Assembly: GCA_964106915.2 (NCBI GenBank)
Contig: OZ066917.1
From: Podarcis gaigeae
Taxonomy: Eukaryota
DNA: 64,000 bases
Direction: 5' to 3' (one strand)
In this document: positions 1-14,600 of the stretch, one piece after another
Position numbering within the stretch: position 1 is the first letter of the stretch
How the letters are laid out: each line of letters opens with the position of its first letter
The notes under the pieces: model-generated
What the model was told of the DNA's origin: nothing
Seen by the model: only the letters and a program-made list of their open reading frames with translations
The model's database searches: none
Made by a program: the position numbers and the translations under genes

Positions 1-176
1 CTAAGCCGCTTCTGGCGAACCAGAGCAGCACATGGAAATGCTGTTTACCTTCCCGCCGGAGTAATATCTATTTATCTACTTGCACTTTGACGTGCTTTCA
101 AAATGCTAGGTTGGCAGGAGCAGGGACTGAGCAATGGGAGCTCACCTCGCTGCGGGGATTCGAACTGCCAACCTTC
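1..176 (-). mobile_element. Sauria/Squam1 SINE, partial (runs off window start)
   Basis: Reverse complement of the Sauria SINE body (GGTTCGAATCCC-like B box, CCTGCCAACCTAGCA, GTGCAAGTAGATAAATAG, GGGAAGGTAAAC); matches the copies at 19173 and 54470. Confidence 0.9.
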
Positions 177-3100
177 CGTAAATCCATGTTTTGCTCAAAG
201 GTTGTACAGGAGCCAGACCTCCTGCATCGTTTTGGTTGACTCCTCTTTGTCCTGCTTTTGCTATCTTTATCTGATAGAATTGGGGCTGGCTGTGCTGTAC
301 AGGTGGCCTTGTCAAGTTAGTACCTGCAGTGGCGTGATGCAAAGCCTGCCCAAACATATCACAAGAGATTGAGTGAATGGGCTTGCAGGCTGTTTCCAGC
401 ATGACCCATTCCTCAAAGGAGCAGAGTTTAGCACCCCCAAATTTCTGCACTGATGTGGAGCACATTCGATTTGCGCAGTGTATCTGCAACCTGCTACATG
501 TGGGATGGCAAAATAAATAACTCTAAATAACATTTCTTTGAGATTGGAAAGTTCAAGCTGAGTAGAATAAGCAAATGATTAACCCGATCTCAGTAAATCT
601 TCTCCTTCCATCCTTCAAGTAACTCTTGTCACAGTATTCCCTTTCTTGTTCAGGGTCAGCTGATACTTGGAGGTCCTGCTGGCCGACTTTCATTTTGGTT
701 CTTTTATCAGAGTTCAGATGTAGTGCACAGGCTGAATACCTCTTTCCATATCCCCAAGGCCTCAGGCACAGAATGTTAGCTGTGTTATATTGTTCAGTCT
801 CTGAAGGTCAGAACTGCCATCTTATACCTACAGAGCAGAGAAAACCGCAAAAGATAAGAGAGGCAAAGCATTAGGGATGGACAAATTAGTCTATGTCTAG
901 TTCATGTCACTTTCACATGTGGTCACTCATAACTTTGTGGGGTCTAATGACAAACTAATACCATCTGCCCTGACACTACTTTTGCTGTGTGGTGGCTATT
1001 GTGCCGCCTTTAGCACCATCATGGTAAAATGCTCTGCTATCTAGAAACAAAAATGTTGTGCTTTGCTATCTAGAGACTCCCAGGAATGTGGGTGTCCTTC
1101 TTTTGTCCTGAATATGGGTCTCTAGAGGGTCCCTTTCAGGTGAGGGAGGGAGGGTTGTCTGAAGTCCCCATGTGATCATCATGCTCCTCCCCCTTTTATT
1201 TTGGAGGTAGAGTTGGGATCTCAGTGAAGGAATTGGTCTCATCTAGAAAAAGTGGGGCTTTTAGCAGTGCCCTAGCTATGGGTGGGGGCTAACTGGTTAG
1301 TTTGTTTTTTGCCCAGGTGAAGCCTCCAGAGGGGCTCCATTGAAGCTCCCAGCCTGTGTCTGCGAGTAAGCAAATGTGCATGGAAGGTTGCCAAACTGGG
1401 TCTTTGACCCGGGTCAAATAAAGGCTAGTTTTGCCCATACTTTTAGTCTGACATTTTGGGGCTGTGTTTATATATAATGATGTGGTGTATATATAATGAC
1501 ATGGTATGGTTGATGGGAGAGGGCTACTAATTTTGTATTAATTTTAATCTGCATGAAAATTCCACTCGAATGCATTCAAAAACATGGTTTAAAATCTCTC
1601 AAATTACAGTGCTCAACTCATATTTTATCTCAGGATGCACTTTTAAATGCATCTCAACAAGTTTTTGAGTGGAGAAATGCACTGATGATGATGATTATAC
1701 CCCACTCATCCGGCTGAGTTCGACAACATTTGGAAAAGTGCAAATTCCAAGAGATAGTAACATCTGGGAGGTGCCAATCAGGTCGATTCTGGTTAGACTT
1801 CACAAAATCCAGTCCCTATGCCCCCTACACTTTAGATTTGCTTGGGTTGAACAGAACAAATTGAGTGGTGGCCCCGTGTAAATCAGACAGCTATCCTGGT
1901 AATGATGTAGATTTAAAGGCACAAAAGAGGTCAAGCCAGAAACCTGCATGGCCATCTTCAGTCTTACAGTTCCCAGAAAGAACAGAAAGCACGTTAAGTC
2001 TCAGACAAGCATGGGCTTGGTAGGTCACAGAGTTCGATTCTCTGGACTAAACCACTCAACCTTCCCTTGACATTCCAGATTCCTTAACATTCCAAGGCAT
2101 AATTACTCCAACAACTGAGCAACAGAGGTGGATGAGAGGTGATGCCCACAGGCAACAGCCCTTGTATTGGTAACTGTGCAGCATTGTGGAGCACAGAGAA
2201 CCGATTAAATGACTCCAAGTGACCAACTACAGTAGAAAGAAAATATTGGCCTAGAATTTCATTTTCACCTTAGTTCAAAACCCATGTGAATAAGAAGCAC
2301 AGGGTACAAGGCCACTTTGTCATTATTTTGAAACAGTATTTCATTTTCTTAGAGAACAAACAAAATCTTTTAGCACAAATTAGTCTGTAATCCCAAATGA
2401 ATATAATCAGAATTCAGCAGAGTGTAGCACCACAAGTGCTTGTTGAGCTAGTTCCAAGAACAAATGAGAATTGAAATTTAATTATCAACTTACTTCAAAT
2501 AATGCTTCAGAAAGTTTTAGCAGCTTATAGCATGCAAACACACACACACACGCACACACGCACAGAGAGAGACCTGGCAAGCCACAAAAACATCTGGCTC
2601 TTTCAATGTCGCTGAAGAAATATTGAATTTGCTAAAATAACTGGTCATGTGGTCTGATGTGCTTCAAACATTTGCCCAAGACAGCATTTCACAGTGTTCA
2701 TAGTTCTCTCCCTCAAATTATCTCCGACATGTTTACGTTGGCAGTGTTATCAGTGTCTCTTTGTTGTAATAAGCTTGGGGGATTGCTACACATAATTTCC
2801 AATGTGTAATTCTAATTAGTGGCTAAAGTTGTCATATTTCCTGCTATCTAAAATTAGATCAGAGAGACACGTTGAGATGAAAAAATCCCTCTTAACTCCC
2901 TAAGCTTCCAAGTTCTTATTTGTTGGTTGAAATTACTGTTTTGAACCTTATCGTTAAGTATCTGAAGAAGTCTGGAGTCTGAGGTAATAGCAAAACATGT
3001 AGGATGGGAAGGAAACATGGTCCCATTTTGAAGTGGGCCTTTTAGTGAAATATTGTGAGTCCTCTGAATTAACTCCTCTGAGGAAGTTCTCATAACAATG

Positions 3101-3344
3101 GAATAAAGTAACTCAGAAACTTGGGGAGATACATTTTATTTTAAAATGAAGTATGTGGTAGGGCTGTGTGCAAATGGCCTCTCAATAGTTTCCACCCTAT
3201 TTGTGGGCAGAGAAACTGTGGGGAGTATTTCCATGTATTTATCTAAGGGGAGAAGAAATTATCCAACATTTCCTCAGGCCTGGAGTTCACTAATGATTGT
3301 AGTGATTGTTGAAGAGAGTGGTAAAGACTCACTCTAGAAGGATG

Positions 3345-3586
3345 TACTAGTCTCCTCCACACTTGAAATACTGTGCATAGTTCTGGTTGCTGCACAGCTA
3401 TTTGAGAGCTGTGCAATTTTCAGAAAAGGGCAATTTTCAGATAATTGAACTTCAACCATACCTCTATGAGGGAAGTTTTACTGAGTTGGGGCATCTTTTT
3501 AGTTTAGAGAAAGTCCAGTAAATAGGAATATGTAGGGCTGCCATATGTCTTCTGGAATTCCCTAGGTTTTAGGCATTTTTGTAAAA

Positions 3587-3642
<56 letters not shown>

Positions 3643-3960
3643 GAAGCTCAACAACTTTGGGGTCTACCTTGAAAAAGCTTAACAACTTTTGGGGTGTCCT
3701 GGCTTTTACTTTTTGAATATGGCAACCCCAGGAATATGATAGATAAGTTATAAAAGTATTCATGGTCTAGAGACTCTCTCTTTCTCTCTCAAAAAGCTAG
3801 AACCCAGGGTCATCCATTGAAGTTGAACAGTGGGGCAGACAGACAGGAATCACTTATTAACCAGTGCATAGTTACACTATGTGATGGCTCCCATCTTGGA
3901 TGGGTTCAGACAATTTCATGAAAGATAAAGCTATCAGTGGCTGCCAGCCTTTGTTGGCTG
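3345..3960 (+). mobile_element. Degraded CR1 LINE 3' fragment, interrupted by a MITE
   Basis: CCACACTTGAAATACTGTGCATAGTTCTGG corresponds to the CR1 PHLEYCVQFW motif; downstream GATGGGTTCAGACAATTTCATG resembles the CR1 C-terminus. Confidence 0.65.
3533..3730. mobile_element. hAT-type MITE containing a (GAAA)n microsatellite
   Basis: TIRs TAGGGCTGCCATAT / ATATGGCAACCCCA; perfect 8-bp TSD GGAATATG (3525-3532, 3731-3738). Confidence 0.85.
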
Positions 3961-5474
3961 TGTGCTACTTCCGGTGCCAGCATTTTGATGTTGTGTTCTG
4001 ACACTTGCCTGGGTATAGCATCTTGTACTTACGTTTGCCTTTGTACAGAATGTTCTCGTTCAGTTCTGTCACCTGTGCTCTCCAGTTCCCAGTGCAGAAC
4101 AACAATGGAGAGCCATGCCACAGATATCCGCTCTCTGCACATGGTGCAGGGCAATGGGTGAAGCTAAAGCTGCCACACATACCATTCTCCAATAATTGCA
4201 CCAGGTGCTACTCCAGGCAATATGAAAAACAATTGCCTACTTCCATTCAGCAAGGAGTGTGGGAGCACAGAACAAGGACAAGTGTTTCAGCGATTACATT
4301 CTACAGGAAATCTAAGACTTGGAAACACTTATAAAAGTAATGTTATGATTTGAATGCATCCTGTGTTTCCTGAGAAGGCGAAGTGGGGGGGGGCACATTT
4401 CAGGAAATAGCAATCCTCTAAAAATCAGGTTTTCTGCACTAAGGAATACGGATGGAGAGAAAAATACATAACCGAATAATGTCACATTTAAACATTAATT
4501 AGCTGGAGTAGTTGGGTGGGTGCCCACTGAAAATGTCATTTCCTGCCAAGTCTTATGATTTTGGAGTCTTGTGCTCTTCAGAGGTTTCCCTAAGCCTCAG
4601 ATCTTGTAGCTTGGTTATTTGAAACCATCAACTGTTGCGATTCTATTCTGGAAATGAAATATGCCTGTGACCTCCTAGAGTAAAAGTTCTAATATGCCAC
4701 ACACACAAAGACACAAATTAAACAGGACCATGAAATTCAAATGATGCTCTAAGGAACATTGGGGAAGTTGCTGTTCTTTCAGCCTCTGATTCTCAAAAGA
4801 CAAGTCAAGTCTTGTTGCTAGGTGTAGATGTTCTGCACTTATACCTGTGGCACACCAGAGTTAGCTATGTGCAAAATTGCCCACTAAAGGGCTGACTGGT
4901 CTAAATTTGGCCCGTGTCATTTTAGCACAGGACCAATGCAAATACTGTTCTTTTGCCTTTTTACATGCACATGCACATTCTTAGACATTCAAATGAACCT
5001 TACATTCACAATGTGATTGGACGGCTACCATTTAAAATTATTTCTTCTTCTCACCCTCTCCCCCCCCCCCCATTTGCATCCCCATTGCTCTGGCAGGATT
5101 CGTTATGCTGGCTCCGTCTCCTGCACTGCTTAGTTGAATCCTCTCCTATACATCTGTCGATGCAACCTAAGCCTTAGTCACTGCACCATGCTGCTGATTC
5201 ATGTTTAGCTTGTGGTTTACTAAAATTCATAGATTCTTTCCCCATTTACAGCTGTCAAACTATTTGTCATGGACATCCTTTCTGGGTGAGTGTGTGGGGT
5301 TAAGCTGGCGTTTAAAACCCAAAAGAAGAGCACCAACAACACCCATCTTGCTTTTTCAAATCTTTAAAGCTTATGTTACGTTACTATGTATCTTCCTTCC
5401 TCCGCTTAAAAACAAGCAGAGAGGATTGACCTGATGTTTAAAGCTCAAATGGAGAGTTGCACTACAAACACATA

Positions 5475-5845
5475 TTTATTTAATTTATATTCCTCTCCCC
5501 CCCTTCCTTCTAAAGGAACCAGGATGGCAAACAACAAACAATAAAACATCTTTACAAAACAATTTCAATACAGATGCAGATTGGGCAAGATCTCAAAAGG
5601 CTTGTTGAAAGTCAGCACAATAGTTGGAAGTCTTCAGTAAACTCCAAAGAGACAACAGAGACAGTGCCTGTCTAATATTCAAGGATAGTGAATTCTTATG
5701 TGGAACTGACCTCCTGATAAGATGGTATCTACAGGAGGCCTTCACTTGCAGAGAGCAGTAATTGATTGGGTATGTAAGGGGTGATCTTTCAAGTATCCTG
5801 GTGCATCTTCTACTCAGCCTAGTAACTAACTGGCAGCCAGGGCAA
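5475..5845 (-). mobile_element. Degraded L2 LINE 3' end
   Basis: Minus strand shows WLPVS...PGYLK-like remnants, followed by an AT-rich (AAAT) tail. Confidence 0.6.
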
Positions 5846-7495
5846 TTATTTCAACAGTGGAGTATATTATCTTCCAGTGCCCATATTGCAGTATAGAATG
5901 TTACATTTTTGTGACTCACTTGAAAATGGGAGATGGGTAAAATAATTATTTGACATGCAAACCAATTTTATTCAACTTGACATTATCATCCTGCTTTGAA
6001 AATGGATGTGGGGTTTAGTTGGTACTCAAATTTGCAATACCAAATGCATCCAATGCAAATTCTACCCAGGGTGAACTCACTGAAATTAATAGACAGGAGT
6101 CCATTAATTAACTAAGTGAAAATAGGATGGATTAGAAAAACACGTGGCTGTGTGAATTTGTGCTGCATGAAATTTTCAGGGGGGTTGTTTTTTGCTGCCA
6201 AAGTTCACCCTGGGATACCCATCCACGAGCAATGCAGTGTAGTGCAATGACATCTGCATTTGGATATCAAAACTGAAGTCTCACTTTGCTTGGCTAACCA
6301 ACAAACCCACTCATAATAGGTGGCAATAATTCTCCTCTTTATGGTAGGACAGACTACCACTTTTTATATGGTCATGAGTGGACTATGGCAATGTCTCATT
6401 TTCATAACTGATCACATTTGTAACACAAAGATATAGAAAACCAAAATGCTGTGGCAATCCTAGCAAAATAGGGCTTTCCCTCCCCCTCCAACGTATCTGG
6501 TCTTCTGTAGTGGGAGGGTCAGGCGAAAGATCAAGCTGTTTATTTGCTGTGTGCTTCAGACAATTCTACATAGTTTTAGGACAAACTTTGAATTGTGCCT
6601 TTAGCATTTCAGATGTTGTCTGCCACTGTCACTTCATGTACTCCTGGGGAGAAAATACTGCATGTGCTAATATCCTTGGCCATCATTCACCAGCATCCTG
6701 AAGTCATTTTTGTGCTGCCTTATGGCACTTAGCTGACACTTCGTTTCTGTTCATTGTAAAAAATGAGACTGTAAAGCTCCAGTAAACCATTACCATGCAC
6801 CAGGCTGGATCAGATGTCTGTTCTCTAAACAAATTGTGGGTTTTTTTGTTTTTGTTTTAGGTGTGAACTCAAAGAAGAAAGCTGATTCCCACCCCCCTTT
6901 AAGACAGATAAGGCAGTGGAGTTGGGGAGGTTAAAATACTCAGTGATTTGTTTTGTAAAGATATACACTGGACGGAAATTTATTTGGCAAGTAGGAATTG
7001 ATTGGTGGAAGTACACAGAATATCCAGTTATTCTGCAGCTATTTTAAAAGGATGTCAGTGATGCAGGTAAATCATATGTGGAAGTGTAAACTTCTTGTGC
7101 ATCATGTGAGATAGACCACAATCAATGTCAAATGGTGGGGTTGGATAAATGAGAAGAAGATAACGCACACAGCCAGAGGAAAAAATTAATCCCATGGACA
7201 GATGGCATGCTGAAACAAATGAGCTGAGGAATCTACCCAAAGGTGGAACACATGATAAAATATGGTGGAACAAGGTGGGCAGCCATCCTGTAGCAGATAC
7301 TGGAGGCTGTAGCACAGAGCTGAGCAGACGAAAGGGCAAGCTATTGACAGTAATCTCCCTGCTTACTCAGAAAGACTTAAATTATTGTTGAGCAAGAAGT
7401 TTCTTAAGATCTGGCCTCTACAGGAGAGGCTCCTGGATGTATTTACTTTGTTCAGATATAGATGGGCTCCATCCCACTTGGCTTGTAGGCATTGT

Positions 7496-7743
7496 AGCCA
7501 GTGTTGTGTAGTGGTTAAGAGTGGTGGACTTGTAATCTAGTGAACTGGGTTTGCTTCCCCGCTTCTCCCCATTCAGCTGCCTTGGGCTAGCCACACTTCT
7601 TTGAAGTCTCTCAGCCCCACGCACGTCGCAGAGTGTTTGTTGGGGGGGGGGGGGACAAAGGGAAAGGAGATTGTTAGCCGCTTTGAGACTCCTTCGGGTA
7701 GTGATAAAGTGGGATATCAAATCCAAACTCTTCTTCTTCTTCT
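7496..7743 (+). mobile_element. tRNA-headed SINE with L2-like 3' end and (TTC)n tail (Squam2-like)
   Basis: AGCCAGTGTTGTGTAGTGGTTAAGAG A-box head, GGGATATCAAATCCAAACTC(TTC)n end; one of five highly similar copies in the window. Confidence 0.85.
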
Positions 7744-10182
7744 ATGGGTACAGGCTAGGGGAAAATAAGGATGTAGCACCTTCCATATTGTACTGAACTA
7801 TTCTCCAGCTCCCCAGTTAAGGGATTTTTTAATATATGAGCCAGCCTCCCCAAACCTGGTGCCTCTCAGATATCCCATCACTCCTGACTATTGGCCATGC
7901 TAGCCAGGGCTGATGAGAGTTGTGGCCCAAAATATCTGGAGAGTAGCAGATTGGGGGGTACTGATCTAAGCTATATATACACAAGGTTTGTATAGCTGAG
8001 GTTTCTGCAGGTTAACCTGCTGACAGCATTATGCTATCTTCTCAGTTTTCTAATGGGTAATTATAAAACAAGGTGTGTGATCTTGTGAGAGCTAGTGGCA
8101 ATAAAATCCTTTTGCCAGCAATCCATGATAGGGACAAAATTTAAACTAGTTTCTCCTTGACTGAATGCTGTTTCTTCAGGTCAAGCAAGGGAGATTCATG
8201 CACACATCCAGGGATGTCCACCATCATGTTCATCTGATATTATTAGAACTTGATGGGTAAAGAATCCCATCTAGAGCCACTAATAGCATATAACTAATGA
8301 GACTAGACTTTGATGTTGGGAGCACTGAAACATGCTTCCCTCCTACATTTTGCACTGGTACAGTTCCAAAAGACTGTACCACATATTTTATTTAAAGAGC
8401 TCAATTAGCCCCATTTTTTTGGCCCACCATCTACCTGAATATTCTGAAGTAACTTTTCCTCTCAGGTTGTCTATGGACTTAATTAATTTCACAAAGTCTA
8501 TTTATTCACATATTGGCAGCTGGGGTATGGCGAATGATAACCACACTGTACTGTACTTGTGTTCAGACACTTCAGATATGCAAGTAATTTAAGGATAAGA
8601 GAGAGTTTCTGATAATGAAGAGAATTGCAAAAGAACGACAGCAAAGTCCCCAGAAGCAAAGAACAAAACAAAAAAGGCATTGCTTTAGAACTCAAAAGAA
8701 AGCACCCTACCAACTCAGCTGAATAAAAGATCAAAGATAAGACGCAGTGTGAAATAATTTTTGTGAAGGGAAGCCTGCATCGAGGGCTCATTTTAAAAAT
8801 GAATGGCTAAGAATAATCTATGAAAAATTAACTGCCGTGATTGCTGCAGGTTGAGATTATCATGATAGAGAATGAGAACACACCATAAACAAAACCATTG
8901 CAGCCAGATCCATGGTTTGCTTAAACTAAAGGGCCTAGACTTCAGCCATAAACTGAATAAACTGAGCATTGATGAAGTCCCATAGAGGAACTTAATTTGC
9001 TAATTATGACCAGTGGATTTCTGTAGAAATCTGATAATAGAGATGTGTTGTCTTCTATATGAAGTTCAAAGTTCGGTGTAATAATTTAAAACAGATACTT
9101 TGTTAATAAAGCACACACACACACACACACACACACACCTGTACAACATCCATCTTCTCTAGCCAACAAAGCTAATAGGCTTGCTCTTAAGATCTATTAA
9201 TCTTAAATACACAGTAACATGTATCATCACAATAAACTCCAGCTAAAACTTGTTTCACATCCAGTCATGCAGTATTCTCAGTTCTGGCATTACATAAAAA
9301 GTCTCTGGCTCTGAATATTTATGCCTCATGACATGGGCTGTCTTCTACACTGTGAACGGGAGAAAAGGGGAGCAAACTGACTAACTTAATCCTCAGAACT
9401 GCCATCAAATGGACATGTTTATTTTCCTGGTGCCCACTAGAACACCTTTTTATCCATGACTTTGTTTCTCTTACGCAGACTTCCTTACTGTCCACTCAAC
9501 TCACCCTACTTGGTAGGATATTAAGGCCATCAAACATGGAGTGAAAATCACAGCATCAGACCTCGGTTAAGCCAAGAACAAATTTAGTTTATAACTAAAG
9601 GTTTTGAAAAGCAGCAAGAAAACAGTCATAAATATATTTATATTGTAAATATCTGTCCAGTGAGGAAACAAGTTTCAAAATGGGTTTTGCCATTAACCAT
9701 AAGAGCAATTAGTATATGAAAATCACATGGAAAAAGCCAGCCACTTTGTCTAGACCATTTCCTTACTTTAGCCCATAGGCAGGCCTGGGGGCTGGATCCA
9801 GCCCAATCGCCGTCTAAATCCGGCCCGCGGACTGTCGCAGACAGCCCCCTGTTGAAAAAGTTTGCTGACCCCTGTAGCCAAGCCCTCTCAACAAAGCAAT
9901 TTCCTCCAGCTCACCCTAGTCCATTGGTAGTGTATCTTCCAGCCTTCTTGCTTGCAGCTAAGCTTCTTTTGTCCTTGGAGCCTAGTTTCTCTGCAACACT
10001 CAACTGTCCTGGCTTCTTTCTCCTGATACCTGTCTCTTTCACTCTCCATTTGACAATTTTACTACCCAACCTCCTAGCAAATCTGAATGGCGGTAGAGTT
10101 TTGCTAAGTCTCTGTTTCTCTTACTAACTAGGTTTCTTTCCTCCTCTCCCATGAACTTAAATCTGCTAAGCTGACCGTATAT

Positions 10183-10217
<35 letters not shown>

Positions 10218-10905
10218 ACTGAAATAATGTGTGAGGGAACCACATGGTACCACATGGACTAACACCATTAGGAGGCATGGCGCTAGTCACTCATGCATTC
10301 TTTCAATATGGCAGGGCAAGACAAGGACCCATGCAGCCTTTTTCTTTTGGATCCCCTAGCAAGAACAGCCTCTCAACAGAAAACAATGATATGACTAAAA
10401 GCCAATACAAAATAGCCAAATGGCACCATTCCTTCATAGTGCTGAAGGCACCATTTTACCAAGGGCCGTGTAGTTTTAAAGCAGCGTAAAGAGAGCCAAT
10501 GTTGCAAAAACTATCATGACTAGGGGTCCAGTTTGATGCTCATTTACTTGGGATCATGTCCCATTGAACACTGCAGGCCTTTCCTGTGAGTAGACATGTA
10601 TAGGATTATACTTAAACTGTGTTTTGGTCCAAGGGTAAAATACTCAAAGATACAATGTTGCCTGGGGAAGATAACATCCACCATCAAGCAGCAGGGGGAA
10701 AGTGCTGGGGGAAATGCTTCTGAAAAGAATACACTGCAAATATATATTAAAAGGGTAAAGTAAAATTGGGTGCACCCAGAAAACAGGTGCTTGTCTCTTT
10801 TTGCATCATGCCCAACGCTAATAGAATTGGGGATTGCAGCGTTTTCAGAGCCTTTTTCTGAGGCTTTAGAGTCTGAAGATCAGATTTTTATGAAATGGGT
10901 AATTA

Positions 10906-11149
10906 GAAGAAGAAGAGTTTGGATTTGATATCCCGCCTTTCACTCCCTTTAAGGAGTCTCAAAGCGGCTAACATTCTCCTTTCCCTTCCTCCCCCACAAC
11001 AAACACTCTGTGAGGTGAGTGAGGCTGAGAGACTTCAGAGAAGTGTGACTGGCCCAAGGTCACCCAGCAGCTGCATGTGGAGGAGCGGAGACGCGAACCC
11101 GGTTCCCCAGATTAGGAGACTACCGCTCTTAACCACTACACCACACTGG
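10906..11149 (-). mobile_element. Squam2-like SINE
   Basis: Highly similar to the 23491 and 54911 copies; TSD AATTAGA. Confidence 0.9.
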
Positions 11150-11611
11150 AATTAGATATTCCAACAGCATAAAATAGAAAAGTTACTGGTGTTCAGCTAC
11201 TTTTTCTTGTCCTGAGCTCAAAGGCACAAGTGAGCACCACCAGCAAACGTCCTTGAAATCCCACTACAGTTTACAGCCCAAGTGTTTGAAATTCAGCCTG
11301 TCCCTGCATACACCGGCATGCAGCTGTCAAACAGTGCTGAGTAGGAAAGCAGGCCAAGGTGAGAGAACACACTGCCTGTGACCTTGAGAATTATTGTTGC
11401 CATGAACAACTCAGGTAGCTTATCAGTTCCTGAGGATATGAAGAAGCACAGCGTCAGCATCTGAACTGAGGGTTGAGATAGCTTTTGGAACATGAGGAAA
11501 ACATGTTTTTTCATTGGAAAGAAGATGGGGGCATAATGTTGCGTATTTGTAGTCATCCATGCTTGGGAGAAGGAGGTGGCAACAGGAGCCTTTTTCTAAA
11601 TTTAATAGCCA

Positions 11612-11925
11612 CGCATTGGCTGCCCGTAAGCTACTGTGTCATATTCAAGGGTTTTGTATTAATTTACATGGCATTGAACAACTTGGGCCCAGGATACTTC
11701 AGGGACCAGCTAATCCCTTGTATCCCTGCTCATTTTGGGGGGGGGGAGGGTCCACTGTTAGCAGACCCCCATGGCTCAGATGCATCATTTGTATCCAGAA
11801 GGAACCAGGTGTTTGGTATTGTGGACCCAATTTTGTGGAAGTCCCTTCCATTTGAAGTTAGACAGGCCTGCTCCCTGTTGAACTTACAGCATCTACCAAA
11901 GGCTTTTTAATTCCAGCAGAATTCT
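11612..11925 (+). mobile_element. L2 LINE 3' ORF2 fragment
   Basis: HWLPVSY..FKGFVLIYMALNNLGPGYFRDQL...PILWKSLPFEVRQA, typical L2 C-terminus. Confidence 0.85.
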
Positions 11926-11944
11926 GATTTTATAGTCATAGCTC

Positions 11945-11998
<54 letters not shown>

Positions 11999-12004
11999 TA
12001 CATA

Positions 12005-12284
12005 CAGTGGTGCCTCGCAAGACGAAATTAATCCATTCCGCGAGTCTCTTCATCTTGCGGTTTTTTCGTCTTGCGAAGCACGGCTATTAGCAGCTTAGCG
12101 GCTATTAGTGGCTTAGCGGCTTTAAGAAAAAGGAAAAAAAACTCGCAAGAACTCACAAGACGTTTCATCTTGCGAAGCAAGCCCATAGGGAAATTCGTCT
12201 AGCGAAGCGACGCAAAAACCGAAAAACCCTTTCGTCTTGTGCGTTTTTCGTTTTGCGAGGCATTCGTCTTGTGGGGCACCACTG
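12005..12284. mobile_element. Tc1/mariner (Tigger/pogo-like) MITE inside a (TA)/(CA)/(TACA) microsatellite
   Basis: TIRs CAGTGGTGCCTCGCAAGACGAA / TTCGTCTTGTGGGGCACCACTG, TA on both sides. Confidence 0.85.
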
Positions 12285-12310
12285 TATGTGTGTGTATATA
12301 CATACATACA

Positions 12311-12343
<33 letters not shown>

Positions 12344-12385
12344 TCATTGCACTAAGTTTCTGTAACACTTAGAGACTGCTGTAAT

Positions 12386-12590
12386 TAAGAACATAAGAAC
12401 AGAAAAGGAGTCTGCCTGTTCAGGCCAATGGCCCATCAAACTCAGTATCCTGTACTCAAAGTGGCAAACCACATGTCTGCAGAAAAGCCACAAGCAGGAA
12501 CCCAAGCCAAGAGCACTCTCCTGTCCTGTGCTTTCCAGCAAATGATATTCAGAAGCATTACTGCAGATGACTGTGGAGGCACAGCTATGG
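12386..12590 (-). mobile_element. CR1 3' UTR fragment
   Basis: TAAGAACATAAGAAC tail and CAGGCCAATGGCCCATC; reverse complement of 61855-62110. Confidence 0.75.
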
Positions 12591-14600
12591 ACTTAGCTAC
12601 ATTAGTAAAACAACAACAACAACAACAACGTTTTGAATTCATTATAAACATGCAACACCATATGGCGCCAGAGAGCAAAAAAATCCTATGTGATTTTTAC
12701 ATAGCGTTTTTTTCTTCTGTTATAACTATTTAATTTCTGACTTATTTATGGCATTTTTCCTGTGTGTAGATCCACCCATAGTCAACATGGCTGGTAGTCT
12801 TTGATAGCTGTTGTATATACCAAGTCCAGTATACCAAATTCACCCTTTTGTCCATCTAAGTTACATTGTCTCCAGCTGACTGTGGTTTCAAGAAGAAGGC
12901 TTCCTCAGCTCTGCTTGGGACATACCAGGGATTGAACCACAGACCTCCTGCAAGCAAAGGAAGTGCTCCACAGCTATGCTAGAGTCTTTCACATGGCTGG
13001 ACTGCAGCAAAGTTGGAAAATGTATCCCTAGAACACATTTTTAAAAGAGACACATATAAACTGAACCTCAGTCCCCCAGCATCCAGGCATTACAGATGTA
13101 GATTGTAAACGATGTTCCTTTCCATTGACATAATGGAAACCAAGTCTGCTTACATTGCTAACAGGGCATGCCTGAACCAGAACCGCAGTGACAATCTTTG
13201 TTTATTAAGAGTGTGTTTTTTATTTTTATTTTTTTAAAAAGAGGAGACTCTCATTACCATCCCTGAATTTCTGTTGGGAATTAAAGGGCATTTGAATTCC
13301 TTGCAAGGTGCACTCTGCAGACCTCATGCTCAGAGTTTTGAGACCGGATTGATGCTAGAGATAAGCTGCCCAAATCTTCAGCCACAGCTGCAGCAACATT
13401 CCTCTTTAACTAGGCTCGCTTTAATGTTTCGGGTCCTGCTGAGCGTGTGGAAATCAGGTCCATAATAGCGGCTGCAGCCATTAGCTGCTCCTTTTGTGAT
13501 TTCCATCATTATCACGCTGTTTGTGAACTACAGCTAGAAACGGGCTGGGAAAGATGAGATCTCTGTGAGATAAAGCACATGCACGCACACACAAAGTGTG
13601 ACAAATTGCACGGTAAGGTTGCGCTAATGGCTTGTTATCTAGTGAAATGAAATCTCTGCCAAGATAATACACAAAGTATTGGGCATCGGGCATCTTTTGA
13701 TTGATAGTACAAAGATACAGAATCAAGCCTCTCTTCAGCTCATTCCACACGCTGATTAGATGCAAAAAGGATACCGACCATATAAACTGAAACAACAACC
13801 CTCAAACCCATTATGCTTCACTCAGCCTCAATGTTCTGACCCTGCTCCCTTTCCATTTAGTTCACACACCGCGGACAATGCCTTTGAAGAGCTTTAAATC
13901 CTGAGTTTTCTTTTTAAGCTAGTGCTGGAAGAGAACCATCTGATCCTTTAGCTAAAGGGAAGGAAACACGGCACATTTTTAATGGACAAATTTAAATAGG
14001 AAACTAGACTGTATTATGTTTCTTCCTCTTTACCAAGATATAAAAGAGAAGCTGATGTCCTTGCACAGGTCTTTGAAGTCTGAAATAAAAGGTTAGCAGA
14101 CTGAAGCATTCCCTATTACTATGCATTTACCCAGGATGCACGTATAGCCAGTTCTATGAACATGAGAATTACTGTGCAGAATGAGCCCAAGGTTTCCCAA
14201 GGCTATGTCATGAACCTATCTTCCAAGATAGAAGTTTCCTGTAAGAGCTTCATAAACTGCTGGTGGTGTGCCCTGAATGGCCACACAATTAATCAGCATC
14301 CAATACTTTTTTGTGGCTGCGAAGATGAAGCCATAGGCAGTTTTAGGGGAGTGTGACCGGTTTGCCCACAGAGGCACTGAGACAAGAGGGCACCGCAGGG
14401 GATGCTGCAACAACAATGACCCAAGGAGGGCAAGAGGAGGGAGGGGACCAATTTTTGGCATCACACAGGGTGCCCAAAGGCCGCCACTTGATTAAGCAGG
14501 AGCAAGTGAGGGTTGTGGGCTGAAGTTCAAAGACTGACATTAGAGGTGCATATACACTTCCTTTTAATGCAAACAGTTGTCAGTTTGTATTCTGTAAAAG

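Noticed and set aside
6030-6272. Nested inverted repeats (CCCAGGGTGAACT / AGTTCACCCTGGG)
   Set aside because: Most simply a decayed palindromic DNA element; arms too interrupted for a structured-RNA claim
10919-11155. Recurrent 'MDLISRLSLP...' ORFs (also 7418, 14673, 23512, 54875) that look like a gene family
   Set aside because: Antisense translations of one SINE family
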